Made by a program: the position numbers and the translations under genes. This document shows, piece after piece, positions 1 through 9,618 of a stretch of 64,000 bases of DNA. The first letter of the stretch is position 1; each line of letters starts with the position of its first letter. The notes under the pieces were generated by a model. The model made no database searches, was not told the DNA's origin, and saw only the letters and a list, made by a program, of their open reading frames with translations. Origin of the DNA: an uncultured Alphaproteobacteria bacterium (lineage in GTDB: Bacteria; Pseudomonadota; Alphaproteobacteria; Rs-D84); NCBI GenBank assembly GCA_944389185.1, contig CALXLL010000001.1, positions 93,014-157,013 of the forward strand, in the 5' to 3' direction.

Positions 1-100
1 AAGCACCGCTGAATAACTTACTCTTTGATAAGACTTCTATATGGGTTTCTAAGCCTATAACAACTTCCCAATCTGTCGTTTTTCCTTTTATCGTAAACAT
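1..100 (-). CDS. gatB: gatB, N-terminal fragment (Asp/Glu-tRNA amidotransferase subunit B); gene continues beyond window start
   Basis: Minus-strand translation from ATG at 100..98 gives [32 protein letters not shown], matching the conserved GatB N-terminus (WEAVIGLEIH...KLFSG). Absent from the ORF track because it is truncated by the window edge. Confidence 0.55.
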   Translation of the reverse strand, partial: MFTIKGKTTDWEVVIGLETHIEVLSKSKLFSGA

Positions 101-154
101 TTTTTCTTTTTCCTTGCTTTTTTTCTTTTAGTATTTTATTATTTCTTTCGCGTT

Positions 155-230
155 GGCTAGATAGCTCAGTTGGTAGAGCAAGGGACTGAAAATCCCTGTG
201 TCAGTGGTTCGATTCCACTTCTAGCCACCA
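155..230 (+). tRNA. tRNA-Phe (anticodon GAA)
   Basis: Cloverleaf readable by eye: acceptor ggctaga/tctagcc, D-arm gctcagttggtagagc, anticodon stem aggga/tccct with loop ctGAAaa, T-arm agtgg-ttcgatt-ccact, 3' ACCA encoded. Confidence 0.85.
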
Positions 231-234
231 TTTT

Positions 235-1704
235 TTATTTCCCCATTATTTTTGTCGGACGATTATCTACTTTACTAAAATCTTCTATGTGTTTTGCTAG
301 CTGTAATACACGCATATCGTCAAACCTTTTACCTACAACTTGCATCCCAAGCGGTAAACCGTTTCCTGCCAAACCACATGGAACGCTGCAAGCAGGTATA
401 CCAGCCAGATTCATTGCAACCGTGAACATATCCAACGCATAGTATTCAAGTGGCGTTAAATCTGAATCAAGCGGTAAAGCGGTTCCGGCACTTGAAGGGC
501 AAACTATTAAATCGCACATTGTAAAGGCTTTGTTAAAGCTGTCTGCTATCATTCTGCGAACTCTTGCAGCTTGCATAAAGTATACTTCGTATGATTCGCT
601 GGATAAAACCGCCGTTCCTATAATCATACGACGTTTTACCTCGTCACCAAAACCTGCTGCGCGAGTCTTCTTAAATGTGTCATATATATCGCTTCCTTCA
701 ACGCGAAGACCATAGCGCATACCATCATATCGTGCTAAATTAGAACTTGCTTCAGCCGGAGCTATTATATAATAAGCTGCCAAAGCATCTAATATATTTG
801 GAATTGATACTTCTACTATTTCGGCACCACCAGACTTTAAATCTGCAATTCTTTGCTGGAATAGTTGTTTCATATCTTCAGATATTTTAACGTCCATCAG
901 TTCTTTTATCACCCCAACACGAATCGGTTTTTCTGATCTGGTTAAAATAGGTTGTAAATCCCCGTTAAAATAAAAACCTTTATCTGAACTTGTAGAATCT
1001 TTTGAATCATAACCTGCCATCGCCGATAATAGTAAAGCCGCATCTTCAACCGTTCTTGCAATAGGTCCTGGCGTATCAAGACTTGAAGCAAAAGCTATAC
1101 AGCCCCAACGACTACATAAACCATAAGTTGGTTTCATACCAACAAGCCCGGTAATTGCACAAGGAAAACGAATAGAACCACCTGTATCCGTGCCAGTCCC
1201 ACCAATTGCAAGTCCAGAAGCTACGGCACTGGTTGTGCCACCAGACGACCCACCTGCGGTTAAGCGTTTTTCTAATTGCCACGGATTTACCGGCGCACCG
1301 AAATAACTTGTTTTGCTAAAAGTCCCCATGGCAAATTCATCAAGGTTCGTTTTGCCAAGTAAAACAGTTCCTGCATCTATGAATTTTTGTGACACCGTTG
1401 ATTCATATTCAGGTATAAAATTATCAATGATATGAGATGCCGCAGTAGTCTTAATACCACGAGTCGCAAACAAATCTTTCATACCAATAGGCATACCGTC
1501 CAATTTTAACGTTTCGCCGCTTGCATAGCGCTTATCCGATTCTTGTGCGTCTTGTAAAGCGCGTTCCGGAGTTAATGTTATATAACAATTTAAATCTTTA
1601 CCGTATTTATCAATTCGATCTAGATAAGCTTTCGTAAGCTCTGTTGCGCTTATTTTACGGGATTTTAATTGTTCAAGTGCTTCTTTAATCGTTAAATCTA
1701 TCAT
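235..1704 (-). CDS. gatA: Glu-tRNA(Gln) amidotransferase subunit A
   Basis: 489 aa; amidase signature GGSSGGTTSAVASGLAIGGTGTDTGGSIRFP; downstream of gatC on the same strand. Confidence 0.9.
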   Translation of the reverse strand: MIDLTIKEALEQLKSRKISATELTKAYLDRIDKYGKDLNCYITLTPERALQDAQESDKRYASGETLKLDGMPIGMKDLFATRGIKTTAASHIIDNFIPEYESTVSQKFIDAGTVLLGKTNLDEFAMGTFSKTSYFGAPVNPWQLEKRLTAGGSSGGTTSAVASGLAIGGTGTDTGGSIRFPCAITGLVGMKPTYGLCSRWGCIAFASSLDTPGPIARTVEDAALLLSAMAGYDSKDSTSSDKGFYFNGDLQPILTRSEKPIRVGVIKELMDVKISEDMKQLFQQRIADLKSGGAEIVEVSIPNILDALAAYYIIAPAEASSNLARYDGMRYGLRVEGSDIYDTFKKTRAAGFGDEVKRRMIIGTAVLSSESYEVYFMQAARVRRMIADSFNKAFTMCDLIVCPSSAGTALPLDSDLTPLEYYALDMFTVAMNLAGIPACSVPCGLAGNGLPLGMQVVGKRFDDMRVLQLAKHIEDFSKVDNRPTKIMGK

Positions 1705-1728
1705 TTTGTATCACTTATATTGTATAGG

Positions 1729-2136
1729 TTACTTAGTATGTTCTTGGTATTTATTTGCAAAAAACTTTTTTCCTATGTGCTCTATTACAAAGGCGTCTTT
1801 GCATTTACCTGATGCAAGGTTTTTAAGACAATCGTCACTGTTGCATTTCCTTAAATTGCCGTTTAGTCTGTAATCTATTTCCATATGACTAAGGTCTTGT
1901 TCTTTTCTTGTATTTGTTGATGTCCAGCGGTTCATATCAGTAAAATATTCTTTTTGATAATATAAATGCAGATTTAATTTAAATATACAAGAATTATCGG
2001 GCAGTTTTAATTTGTTAAAAGACTCTATATAACTTAAAGCGTCGTTATATGGTATTTTATCCAATATATTTAAATACTTCCCGGTTTCAGAATGTTTAAG
2101 CGTTATCTCTGTGCCCTTTATATCTTTATTTAGCAT
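1729..2136 (-). CDS. hypothetical protein (135 aa) inserted between gatC and gatA
   Basis: Intact ORF on the same strand as gatC/gatA, filling the intergenic gap; no motif I recognise. Confidence 0.4.
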   Translation of the reverse strand: MLNKDIKGTEITLKHSETGKYLNILDKIPYNDALSYIESFNKLKLPDNSCIFKLNLHLYYQKEYFTDMNRWTSTNTRKEQDLSHMEIDYRLNGNLRKCNSDDCLKNLASGKCKDAFVIEHIGKKFFANKYQEHTK

Positions 2137-2154
2137 TTTATTGCACCCTTTTTA

Positions 2155-2448
2155 TTATTCGTCCATAACTTTAGGAACAGCAAAATACCCACGAGAGTTT
2201 CCGGTTTTGTCCGGCGTATTCGCCAAGATTTCATCACGAATATTTCCGTCCGTCACAATATCTTGTCTTTGCGGTAATTTGTGTTCTGCCGGATTCAACA
2301 TAGGTTCAACGCCACTTGTATCAATTTTTTGCAGTTTATCTAACCAATCTATGACAGAGTCTATATTCATACTTTCCAATTTTTCTTCTGGAATATCGAT
2401 TTTTATTAAATCTGCAAATTTTTGCAATTGTTGCTTGCTAAATGCCAT
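2155..2448 (-). CDS. gatC: Glu-tRNA(Gln) amidotransferase subunit C
   Basis: 97 aa, typical GatC size; sequence MAFSKQQLQKFADLIKIDIPEEKLESM...SGVEPM is GatC-like; position upstream of gatA. Confidence 0.8.
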   Translation of the reverse strand: MAFSKQQLQKFADLIKIDIPEEKLESMNIDSVIDWLDKLQKIDTSGVEPMLNPAEHKLPQRQDIVTDGNIRDEILANTPDKTGNSRGYFAVPKVMDE

Positions 2449-2495
2449 TTCTAATCCTATTCTATTTCTATGAAATTAACCAAAGAGATTATACA

Positions 2496-2948
2496 ATGAT
2501 TTTGCCAGATTTCAAGGTTTTTCCCAAACGCGGTCGCTTGATGGGCATAGATTGGGGGGCGGCTAGGGCAGGGATTGCAATATCAGACGATACAAGAGAT
2601 TTCGTCTTTGTCAGACCTGTTATTGAACTTAAATCTTATAATAAAGAATCTTTGGCTAAACAAGTTGCCGAGATGTCTATGTTCGAAAAAGTCGTTGGGA
2701 TAATTATCGGTTTACCAATAAGAACAGATGGAACAGAATCAGATACGACAAAATACGTGCGTGAATTCGCAAAAGAATTAAGCGCTTATACAGACGTTCC
2801 AATTGCGTTTATAGACGAAAGTCTGACAAGTTTTTATGCCCAAGATCAAATGGGTAAAATAAAACTTTCAGATATAAAACAAAAATTAGATTCTTATTCT
2901 GCTAAAATAATTCTAGAAAATGCAATAGATTTAATAAAAAGAAATTAA
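2496..2948 (+). CDS. ruvX: YqgF/RuvX-like Holliday junction resolvase / pre-16S rRNA nuclease
   Basis: MGIDWGAARAGIAISD...VVGIIIGLPIRTDGTESD is the RuvX/YqgF pattern. I take the internal ATG (MILPDF) as the start rather than the ORF-track start at 2442. Confidence 0.7.
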   Translation: MILPDFKVFPKRGRLMGIDWGAARAGIAISDDTRDFVFVRPVIELKSYNKESLAKQVAEMSMFEKVVGIIIGLPIRTDGTESDTTKYVREFAKELSAYTDVPIAFIDESLTSFYAQDQMGKIKLSDIKQKLDSYSAKIILENAIDLIKRN

Positions 2949-2989
2949 CAAAAAATACTAGAAACGGTGCATATAGCACCGTTTTTTTA

Positions 2990-4042
2990 TTATTCTTCAT
3001 CTTCATTCTTGTTTGGTATTTTCCCATCTGCTGATAATAATACCGCAACCCAACGCGTAGAATCAAACTGGGCTGTAATAATGAAAGTTGCCACCAACAG
3101 AGGAACGCTGAAAAACATACCTGCTATTCCCCAAATCATTCCCCAGAATACCAAGTTTATCAAAATAGCTAAAGTTGATAAGTTTAATGTTTTTCCAGTT
3201 AATTTTGGTTCCAGGATATTACCGAATATTATTTGTAAAGCTATTAATCCAATTGCCGTAAGTATTGGTTGTTGTAAACTTGGCGCAGTAACAAGTGAAA
3301 ATAGAATCGGTAATGCACAGGCTATTATCGCACCAATTGTAGGTATATAGCTGGTAATAAATACTATAAACGCCCAAACCCCTGCAAATTCTAAACCAAG
3401 AAGTTCAAGTAAGAAATATGATAATATGCCGGTTATGCCGGATATTAAGGTCTTCATAAATAAGTATTTTTTCATGTTAGTATCAATACTTTCAATTATA
3501 TATCGTATTTTTTTGGATTTTGATTTGTTCGGGAATAAAGATGCAAACTTTCTATTAAAAGTACTCTGTTCTATAAACATAAACAACATATATATTAATA
3601 TCATGCCAGTAGATGTTGCTATGTTAGCAACAGATGCGCCAACATTTGCAGCAATGTTTGTAAGATTTGGTATCATGCTGGCGTCAAACTTTAATCCTAT
3701 GGAATTATATAAATAATTACTGAAGTTGATTATCTTATGTTGTAATTCTGGTAAATATAAAAATAGTTCTGTAAACATAGGACGAACTTGTGTTATAAAG
3801 AAGTATATTACACCGCATAACGTAAGAAAAGATAAAAGCTGCGATATAAAATCCATAGATTTTGCTTTCCAAAAATATTTACTTCTTGCTTCATTAGCAT
3901 TATACGGTAAAACTTTTCTGTAATATGTTGATATGGCGTTTATTAAATACCAAAAAAACGTGGCTACTAATAAAGGTATTAAAATACTTCTGCCTACCCA
4001 TAATAAGAATAAAGCCCCAATAAATAAAATCATTCCGTTCAT
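2990..4042 (-). CDS. AI-2E family (PerM/YdiK-like) membrane transporter
   Basis: 350 aa polytopic membrane protein; C-terminal GMIWGIAGMFFSVPLL is the typical AI-2E conserved segment. Confidence 0.55.
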   Translation of the reverse strand: MNGMILFIGALFLLWVGRSILIPLLVATFFWYLINAISTYYRKVLPYNANEARSKYFWKAKSMDFISQLLSFLTLCGVIYFFITQVRPMFTELFLYLPELQHKIINFSNYLYNSIGLKFDASMIPNLTNIAANVGASVANIATSTGMILIYMLFMFIEQSTFNRKFASLFPNKSKSKKIRYIIESIDTNMKKYLFMKTLISGITGILSYFLLELLGLEFAGVWAFIVFITSYIPTIGAIIACALPILFSLVTAPSLQQPILTAIGLIALQIIFGNILEPKLTGKTLNLSTLAILINLVFWGMIWGIAGMFFSVPLLVATFIITAQFDSTRWVAVLLSADGKIPNKNEDEE

Positions 4043-4094
4043 AAAAAGACTCCTATGCCTTTATTTAATGCACATAGCGCTTTTTTACAATGTG

Positions 4095-4775
4095 CTATTT
4101 ATTTGTTATAACTTTACCTTTTGATAAAGTCGTTATTTCAGTTGGCTTTATCATTTCCGTAAAGTTATGTTGGTGACTGATAAATAAAAAAGTGGTATTT
4201 TTCATTTCTTTTATTATATCAGCAGTTTGTTTTTGAACTGTTTCGTCTGCACCTGAATCCGGTTCGTCCAATATTGCAAATATAGGTTTCGTTAATAAAA
4301 GTCTTAATAGCATTAAACGCTTTCTTTCACCACCAGAAAAACCAACGTTTATACTACGGTTAAGCCATTCTTTTGGAATGTCAAGTTTTGCGCGCGCTTT
4401 TTCTAATTCTGTTAAAAACTCACCCATAGATAAATCTTTTCCGGTTTCAAAGTGAGTGTGCGCAACAGAAGAATGCTTTAAAAAACTAAGAACACTTAAT
4501 CCAGGTATTTCAGGAACATTTTGGGCACCCGTAAATATACCCAATAAAGCACGAGTTGTTGCGTTTTCTGTCGTAATATCTTTTCCGTTAAACTTTATTG
4601 TGCCTTTTTCTATTTTATATTCTGGATTACCGGATATTACGCTTACAAGCGTTGATTTACCACTGCCATTATGACCGGATAATAAATGTCTTGCACCATC
4701 ATTAACAGATATATTTATATCTGATAGTAAAACTTTACCATCAAGTGATACTGTTAAATCTTTTATTTCAAGCAT
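4095..4775 (-). CDS. sufC: Fe-S cluster assembly ATPase SufC
   Basis: Walker A GHNGSGKST, ABC signature FSGGERKR, D-loop ILDEPDSG; 226 aa immediately downstream of sufB. Confidence 0.85.
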   Translation of the reverse strand: MLEIKDLTVSLDGKVLLSDINISVNDGARHLLSGHNGSGKSTLVSVISGNPEYKIEKGTIKFNGKDITTENATTRALLGIFTGAQNVPEIPGLSVLSFLKHSSVAHTHFETGKDLSMGEFLTELEKARAKLDIPKEWLNRSINVGFSGGERKRLMLLRLLLTKPIFAILDEPDSGADETVQKQTADIIKEMKNTTFLFISHQHNFTEMIKPTEITTLSKGKVITNK

Positions 4776-4824
4776 GTTTTTTTTACCTATCTCTTTATTA
4801 TATCATAATTTATGATTTTCTCAA

Positions 4825-6168
4825 TCAATGCTCTATAGCCATTTGTATTAATTGTTTTGATTCTACTAAGAACTCCATAGGAAGTCTGGATAATATAGGA
4901 TTTGCTGTTGCGCCGATTATTAAAGCTATGGCTTGGTCTTCTGATATGCCGGCTTGTTCTAAGTAAAGCATTTGATTGGCGTCAATTGCGCCTGTGCTGG
5001 CTTCGTGACTTTGCTGATTTTCACCGTTATTATGTATTATTGTTGGTAAAGTATTTGATGTAGCGTTGTCTCCAACGATTCTTGTGTCGCATTTAGATGC
5101 GTTTTTACAATTTTTACCGCTAAAACTTACAAGACTTCTGAAAGTCTGTCTGGACCTATCGAGCGCTATACCATAAGAAACTATATTAGATACAGTGTCA
5201 TTACCAATATGTATCATTTTCGTTCCTGTGTCTGCTTGTTGATTACCGCGAGTTATTGCCAAAGAATAAAAATCGCTTGTAGATCCATCACCAGCAAGTA
5301 TAGTAGATGGGTATTTCCATGTTATAGCAGAGCCAACTTCTACTTGTGTCCAATCAAGTCTTGCGTTTTTTTCGCACTTTCCGCGTTTGGTTACAAAATT
5401 AAGAATACCACCGTCTGGAATAGTATGTTCAAAATCGCTGTATGTAGACATTTCTCCTGCATACCAGTTTTGAACAGTTGCATATTTTACGGTCGCATTT
5501 TCTTTTGTTATGATTTCAACGACACCGCTATGTAATTGATGATTTGGTCTTCTGGGGGCACTGCAACCTTCCATGTAACTTAGTTCTGAACCTTCGTCTG
5601 CGATTATTAAAGTTCTTTCAAATTGACCGATTTTTGCTGTTTCTATCCTGAAATAGCTTGCTAAATCAATAGGGCATTTTACACCTTTGGGAACGTATAC
5701 GAATGTCCCATCTGAAAACACCGCTGCATTTAAAGCTGCAAAAAAATTATCTGTTGAAGGAACTACCGACCCTAAATACTTTTTCACTAATTCCGGATGT
5801 TTTTGAACAGCTTCGGATAATGGTAAGAAGATTATACCTAATTTCTCTAATTCTTTACTGTATGATGTATGAACTGAACGACTGTCTATAACTGTATCTG
5901 TTGCCATACCAAGAAGGGCTTTTTGTTCGCTTTCTGATAAGCCCATTTTGTCATATGTTTTTTTTAAGTCAGAATTGTCTAAGGACTTTGCTTCGTTATA
6001 GTAATTTAATTCGTCGTAATTGATGTCTGGATAGGTTATTTCTGCCCAATTGGGTTCTTTCATTTTTTGCCATTTTTTAAACGCATCTATTCGCCAGTTT
6101 AATAACCAATCCGGTTCACCGCGCATATTGGATATGTTTTTTATAAGATTTTCTGATAACTTTGGCAT
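4825..6168 (-). CDS. sufB: Fe-S cluster assembly protein SufB
   Basis: 447 aa; the ATVQNWY segment and overall SufB/SufD-fold pattern; the N-terminal region resembles SufB rather than SufD. Confidence 0.75.
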   Translation of the reverse strand: MPKLSENLIKNISNMRGEPDWLLNWRIDAFKKWQKMKEPNWAEITYPDINYDELNYYNEAKSLDNSDLKKTYDKMGLSESEQKALLGMATDTVIDSRSVHTSYSKELEKLGIIFLPLSEAVQKHPELVKKYLGSVVPSTDNFFAALNAAVFSDGTFVYVPKGVKCPIDLASYFRIETAKIGQFERTLIIADEGSELSYMEGCSAPRRPNHQLHSGVVEIITKENATVKYATVQNWYAGEMSTYSDFEHTIPDGGILNFVTKRGKCEKNARLDWTQVEVGSAITWKYPSTILAGDGSTSDFYSLAITRGNQQADTGTKMIHIGNDTVSNIVSYGIALDRSRQTFRSLVSFSGKNCKNASKCDTRIVGDNATSNTLPTIIHNNGENQQSHEASTGAIDANQMLYLEQAGISEDQAIALIIGATANPILSRLPMEFLVESKQLIQMAIEH

Positions 6169-6173
6169 ATCTT

Positions 6174-6716
6174 TTATTCGTCTTGATTTGCTAGTTGTTG
6201 TGCCTGAGCAAAAAATGTTATGGATTGACCCAATAAACCGTCGGTAAATGTTGCAGTTAGTATGCCGTCTGGCTCGTTATTCGATAGGTATTGTAAAAAT
6301 CCGTTAGCGCGCTTCATATAATTATCTACGTTTCTAGCTATTTCAGAATCTAACTTAATACTGCGACGAAGTTTTTCTAGGGCAAAAGGGTTCTTGGCAT
6401 ATTCGTCCATTATACCACCCAATGCACGCCACAATGGATGTTCAGGTGTTTGACGTGGCATTATATCTATGGCGGCCATAATAGGAATTAGATTTTGCAA
6501 CAGGTCTTGATATATCATTTCGGCATGTTCTGTTACGGTGTTGGTTGCCGATTTGTTTTTTAGTAGTGATTGAATTTTTACTATTAAATTATATTCAAGA
6601 TTTTGGCTTTTTATAACATTCTTTATTTTTTTGTTTGAATGTAAAGCTATTAATAACGAAACTATATTTAATAATATCAAAACTATAAAAAATACTAAAT
6701 ATAACGTGTTTGACAT
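6174..6716 (-). CDS. hypothetical membrane-anchored protein (one N-terminal TM helix), upstream of sufBC
   Basis: 180 aa; hydrophobic N-terminus LYLVFFIVLILLNIVSLLIAL; no recognised motif. Confidence 0.35.
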   Translation of the reverse strand: MSNTLYLVFFIVLILLNIVSLLIALHSNKKIKNVIKSQNLEYNLIVKIQSLLKNKSATNTVTEHAEMIYQDLLQNLIPIMAAIDIMPRQTPEHPLWRALGGIMDEYAKNPFALEKLRRSIKLDSEIARNVDNYMKRANGFLQYLSNNEPDGILTATFTDGLLGQSITFFAQAQQLANQDE

Positions 6717-6892
6717 AGATACTCCTGCAAAATTATTACTTTATTACTGCAGTATAACATCTTTTATCGATTCGTGCGATTCCAAACAAAAAATATATTT
6801 TTCTTGTCAAAATTGCATGTTTTTTTAATCTTGCACAGATTCGGTCAAGTTGTTATAATATATATAATAATAGTTTAGGAAAGGAAGTAATT

Positions 6893-7810
6893 ATGTTCCG
6901 TAAGATTTTTATTGCAGCTATGTTCGCAACCGCTGCTGGTTATTGCTTTGCAGCAGATAATTTGCCACAAATCGTTACTTCAGAAGTTTTTTACGTTCAG
7001 GATAAGGACGTGAACGAAACGCAGCAAGTGCAACAAAATACAGAACAATATCAAGCTCAACAAGTGATACCTGTTTGGCCTATCGCAGGGTCAGAAGCCG
7101 ATGTTGAACCTGTTTGCGACGGCGAAAAGTGCACAGAAAACACATCTGATAATATAAGAATTGTCTCTAAAATAGGGGCAGATTTGGTGGTTGAAAATAA
7201 TTTTAATCTGGGTGCAAAAAATCTTGAAGGAACTTGGTCTGGTGGGGCAAATATGCTTCATGGAAATCAAATACCAGTTGGGTTTGATGACGAATGCAAT
7301 AATGGTTCTGAAATGCCATTGCTTCATCGTGAAATGCTTGAAGACGACGGGGGAACGGTTTTGGCTGTTGCTCGTAGTGGAAGAAATAATTGTAATAATT
7401 CTTATGCTGATGGGTATGAAGCTTTTGTTGAAAAAATGGGCTTGAAAGTAGAAGACGTAGAAAATGCAAATGACGACGTGACTATTGAAGATACAGAAAC
7501 AGAAATATCAGTAGATATCTCTGCAGACGCAGAACCTGACGTTATATTAACGGACCAAGTCAGGTCTTGGGTTGTCGCAAATGGTCAAACCTTACGTGAA
7601 GTTTTGCAAGATTGGTGTAATAAAGAAGGTTGGGATTTGGTTTGGACTACACCACGTGAATATCCAATAGAAGCAAGTGCTGTGTTTAAAGGACGTTTTG
7701 TTGATGTTGCTTCTGCATTAGTTCGTAATTTCGGGCGTGCTACACCTATACCTTATGCAAAGTTTTATAAGGGTAATAGGGTGTTGGTTATATCGACTTC
7801 GGAAGAGTAA
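6893..7810 (+). CDS. secreted PilL/TcpQ-like protein (type IVb pilus / conjugative-pilus assembly accessory domain at C-terminus)
   Basis: Signal peptide MFRKIFIAAMFATAAGYCFA; acidic middle region; C-terminal ~90 aa (TLREVLQDWCNKEGWDLVWT...FKGRFVDVASALV...FYKGNRVLVIS) matches the TcpQ/PilL domain pattern as I recall it. Confidence 0.4.
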   Translation: MFRKIFIAAMFATAAGYCFAADNLPQIVTSEVFYVQDKDVNETQQVQQNTEQYQAQQVIPVWPIAGSEADVEPVCDGEKCTENTSDNIRIVSKIGADLVVENNFNLGAKNLEGTWSGGANMLHGNQIPVGFDDECNNGSEMPLLHREMLEDDGGTVLAVARSGRNNCNNSYADGYEAFVEKMGLKVEDVENANDDVTIEDTETEISVDISADAEPDVILTDQVRSWVVANGQTLREVLQDWCNKEGWDLVWTTPREYPIEASAVFKGRFVDVASALVRNFGRATPIPYAKFYKGNRVLVISTSEE

Positions 7811-7837
7811 TGTTTTATATTCTAGTAGGAGAAACAG

Positions 7838-9466
7838 ATGATGAAATTATTTAATATCTTTACAACTTGTGGGCTTTTGTGTGCCGTTTTAGCAGGTTGT
7901 GCAAAGCAAGAGTCTGCAAAGGTCGCTGCATCTGTTGATCAAGATTTTATAAATGCTTATGATGCATTTGAAATGGCAAAAAATCCAACGGCAAAAGTAG
8001 CAAGTGGGGATACTGTTTCTATGTCCGAAGGCGTTTGGTTGGGAAATAAATCTACTTTGTTGGCTCATAGAAATAATCTGCCTTCCAGATTTGAAACAGA
8101 TACAGGAATTACTATTTTGTTAAATCAACCCGTCACTTTACAGGTGTTGGCAAATGATATAAATGCTATTACCGGTATCCCTGTAAAAATAGATAGTCAA
8201 GTTAATCAGGAAAAATTAAAGAAAACTATTAATGTAGCTTATACAGGTAAACTGTCTGGCTTGTTGTCTCAGGTAGCAACAGATTTGGATTTGTTATGGT
8301 ATTACGATAAATCTTCCATCGTTTTTTATGAAACAGAAACAAAGACTTTTACTTTGTATGCGTTGGGAACAGATGTTTCTTATCAATCTTCTGTGCAGAC
8401 AGATGACGGAAATCTGGTTTCTTTGGAATCTACTTTGAAAGAATGGGATGAAGTAGAACAAACAATTGCTTCTATTATAGGTAATTCTGACAATTCTGAT
8501 TTTAATGTATCTAGAAGTTTGGGGACTATTACAGTTACTGCACCTCCTTCTATTTTGGCAAGAGTAGGCGAATACATAGATAAGCAAAATAAAAGACTTT
8601 CTCAGTTAGTTACTATCGACGTGAAAGTATTACAAGTTTCAATATCAAATGATTCTGCGTTCGGTTTGAACTTAGCTGCGGCTATTAATTCTGCTTCCGG
8701 CTTGAATATAGTAGCTAATCCGAAAAATAATCTAACTACAACTGAAGCAAGTTCCATGAATATCGCTGTCTTGTCTAATACAGTGTCTGCTTTGACGGGG
8801 GCGACACATATAGAAGACGGTAAAGAAGTTGCCGGTGCATATACATCTGATCAAATTATGAATGGGTCTTTGTCTGGTTTGGCAGGCAGTGATGCTTTGA
8901 TACAAGCTTTGGCAAAACAGGGTAAAGTATCTTTGGTTACTAACGTAGGAGTCACAACAAGAAATAATCGTGTGGCACCGGTTAATAACACAAGAACAAC
9001 TGGATATATTAAACGTTTTGAATCAAGAAACTTTACAACAGTTGAATCAAGCACTGTTGACCAAGATGATTTGGAAACAGGGTTTTCAATGCAATTGTTA
9101 CCAAACGTTTTGGAAAACGGAAAAATATTACTGCTGTTCAGAATGTCTATTCGTGAATTGTTAAAGATGAGCAGTCAGACAATCGGTGAAGTAACGTTGC
9201 AATTACCAGAAGTTGAAGAACGTAGCTTTATGCAAGAAGTAATTATGGAATCTGGACAAATGTTGGTTGTTTCAGGTTTTGAAAAGCAAACGAATAATGA
9301 TACTCGTTATGGTTTGGGTGATCCTGACTTTATGGCTTTGTCTGGATCTAGGGAAACAAGTGCTACGCGTGATGTGTTGGTCGTTATACTGACACCGCAG
9401 GTTTTGGTTAGCCCGATGGATGTTGAAAGAACTATACAGCAGCATTGGGGGGCACCGTTAAATTAA
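7838..9466 (+). CDS. lipoprotein secretin (BfpB/TcpC/PilN-type type IV pilus secretin)
   Basis: Lipoprotein signal LLCAVLAGC; 542 aa; C-terminal secretin-domain pattern (VTIDVKVLQVSISNDSAFGLN... GQMLVVSGFEKQ...RDVLVVILTPQVL). Confidence 0.6.
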   Translation: MMKLFNIFTTCGLLCAVLAGCAKQESAKVAASVDQDFINAYDAFEMAKNPTAKVASGDTVSMSEGVWLGNKSTLLAHRNNLPSRFETDTGITILLNQPVTLQVLANDINAITGIPVKIDSQVNQEKLKKTINVAYTGKLSGLLSQVATDLDLLWYYDKSSIVFYETETKTFTLYALGTDVSYQSSVQTDDGNLVSLESTLKEWDEVEQTIASIIGNSDNSDFNVSRSLGTITVTAPPSILARVGEYIDKQNKRLSQLVTIDVKVLQVSISNDSAFGLNLAAAINSASGLNIVANPKNNLTTTEASSMNIAVLSNTVSALTGATHIEDGKEVAGAYTSDQIMNGSLSGLAGSDALIQALAKQGKVSLVTNVGVTTRNNRVAPVNNTRTTGYIKRFESRNFTTVESSTVDQDDLETGFSMQLLPNVLENGKILLLFRMSIRELLKMSSQTIGEVTLQLPEVEERSFMQEVIMESGQMLVVSGFEKQTNNDTRYGLGDPDFMALSGSRETSATRDVLVVILTPQVLVSPMDVERTIQQHWGAPLN

Positions 9467-9485
9467 TAATGGTTCTTGGTATGAA

Positions 9486-9521
9486 AAGACTCGCTTGGGA
9501 AAAATAAGCGAGTCTTTTTTT
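9486..9521 (+). terminator. rho-independent terminator (probably bidirectional, between secretin gene and rpsT)
   Basis: 11-bp stem aagactcgctt/aagcgagtctt, 9-nt loop, followed by a T-run; an A-run precedes it. Confidence 0.5.
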
Positions 9522-9618
9522 ATGCACTTGTTTATATTTTATTTGTGTCTGTTATTTGTTTGTATACGACAAAAATCCCGCAAAAAGTATGCGGGACAAA
9601 CAACAAACTTTTTTTATT

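Noticed and set aside
2442-2495. Upstream extension of the ruvX ORF overlapping the gatC start
   Set aside because: It has a hydrophobic, non-conserved N-terminus; the internal ATG gives the canonical RuvX start.
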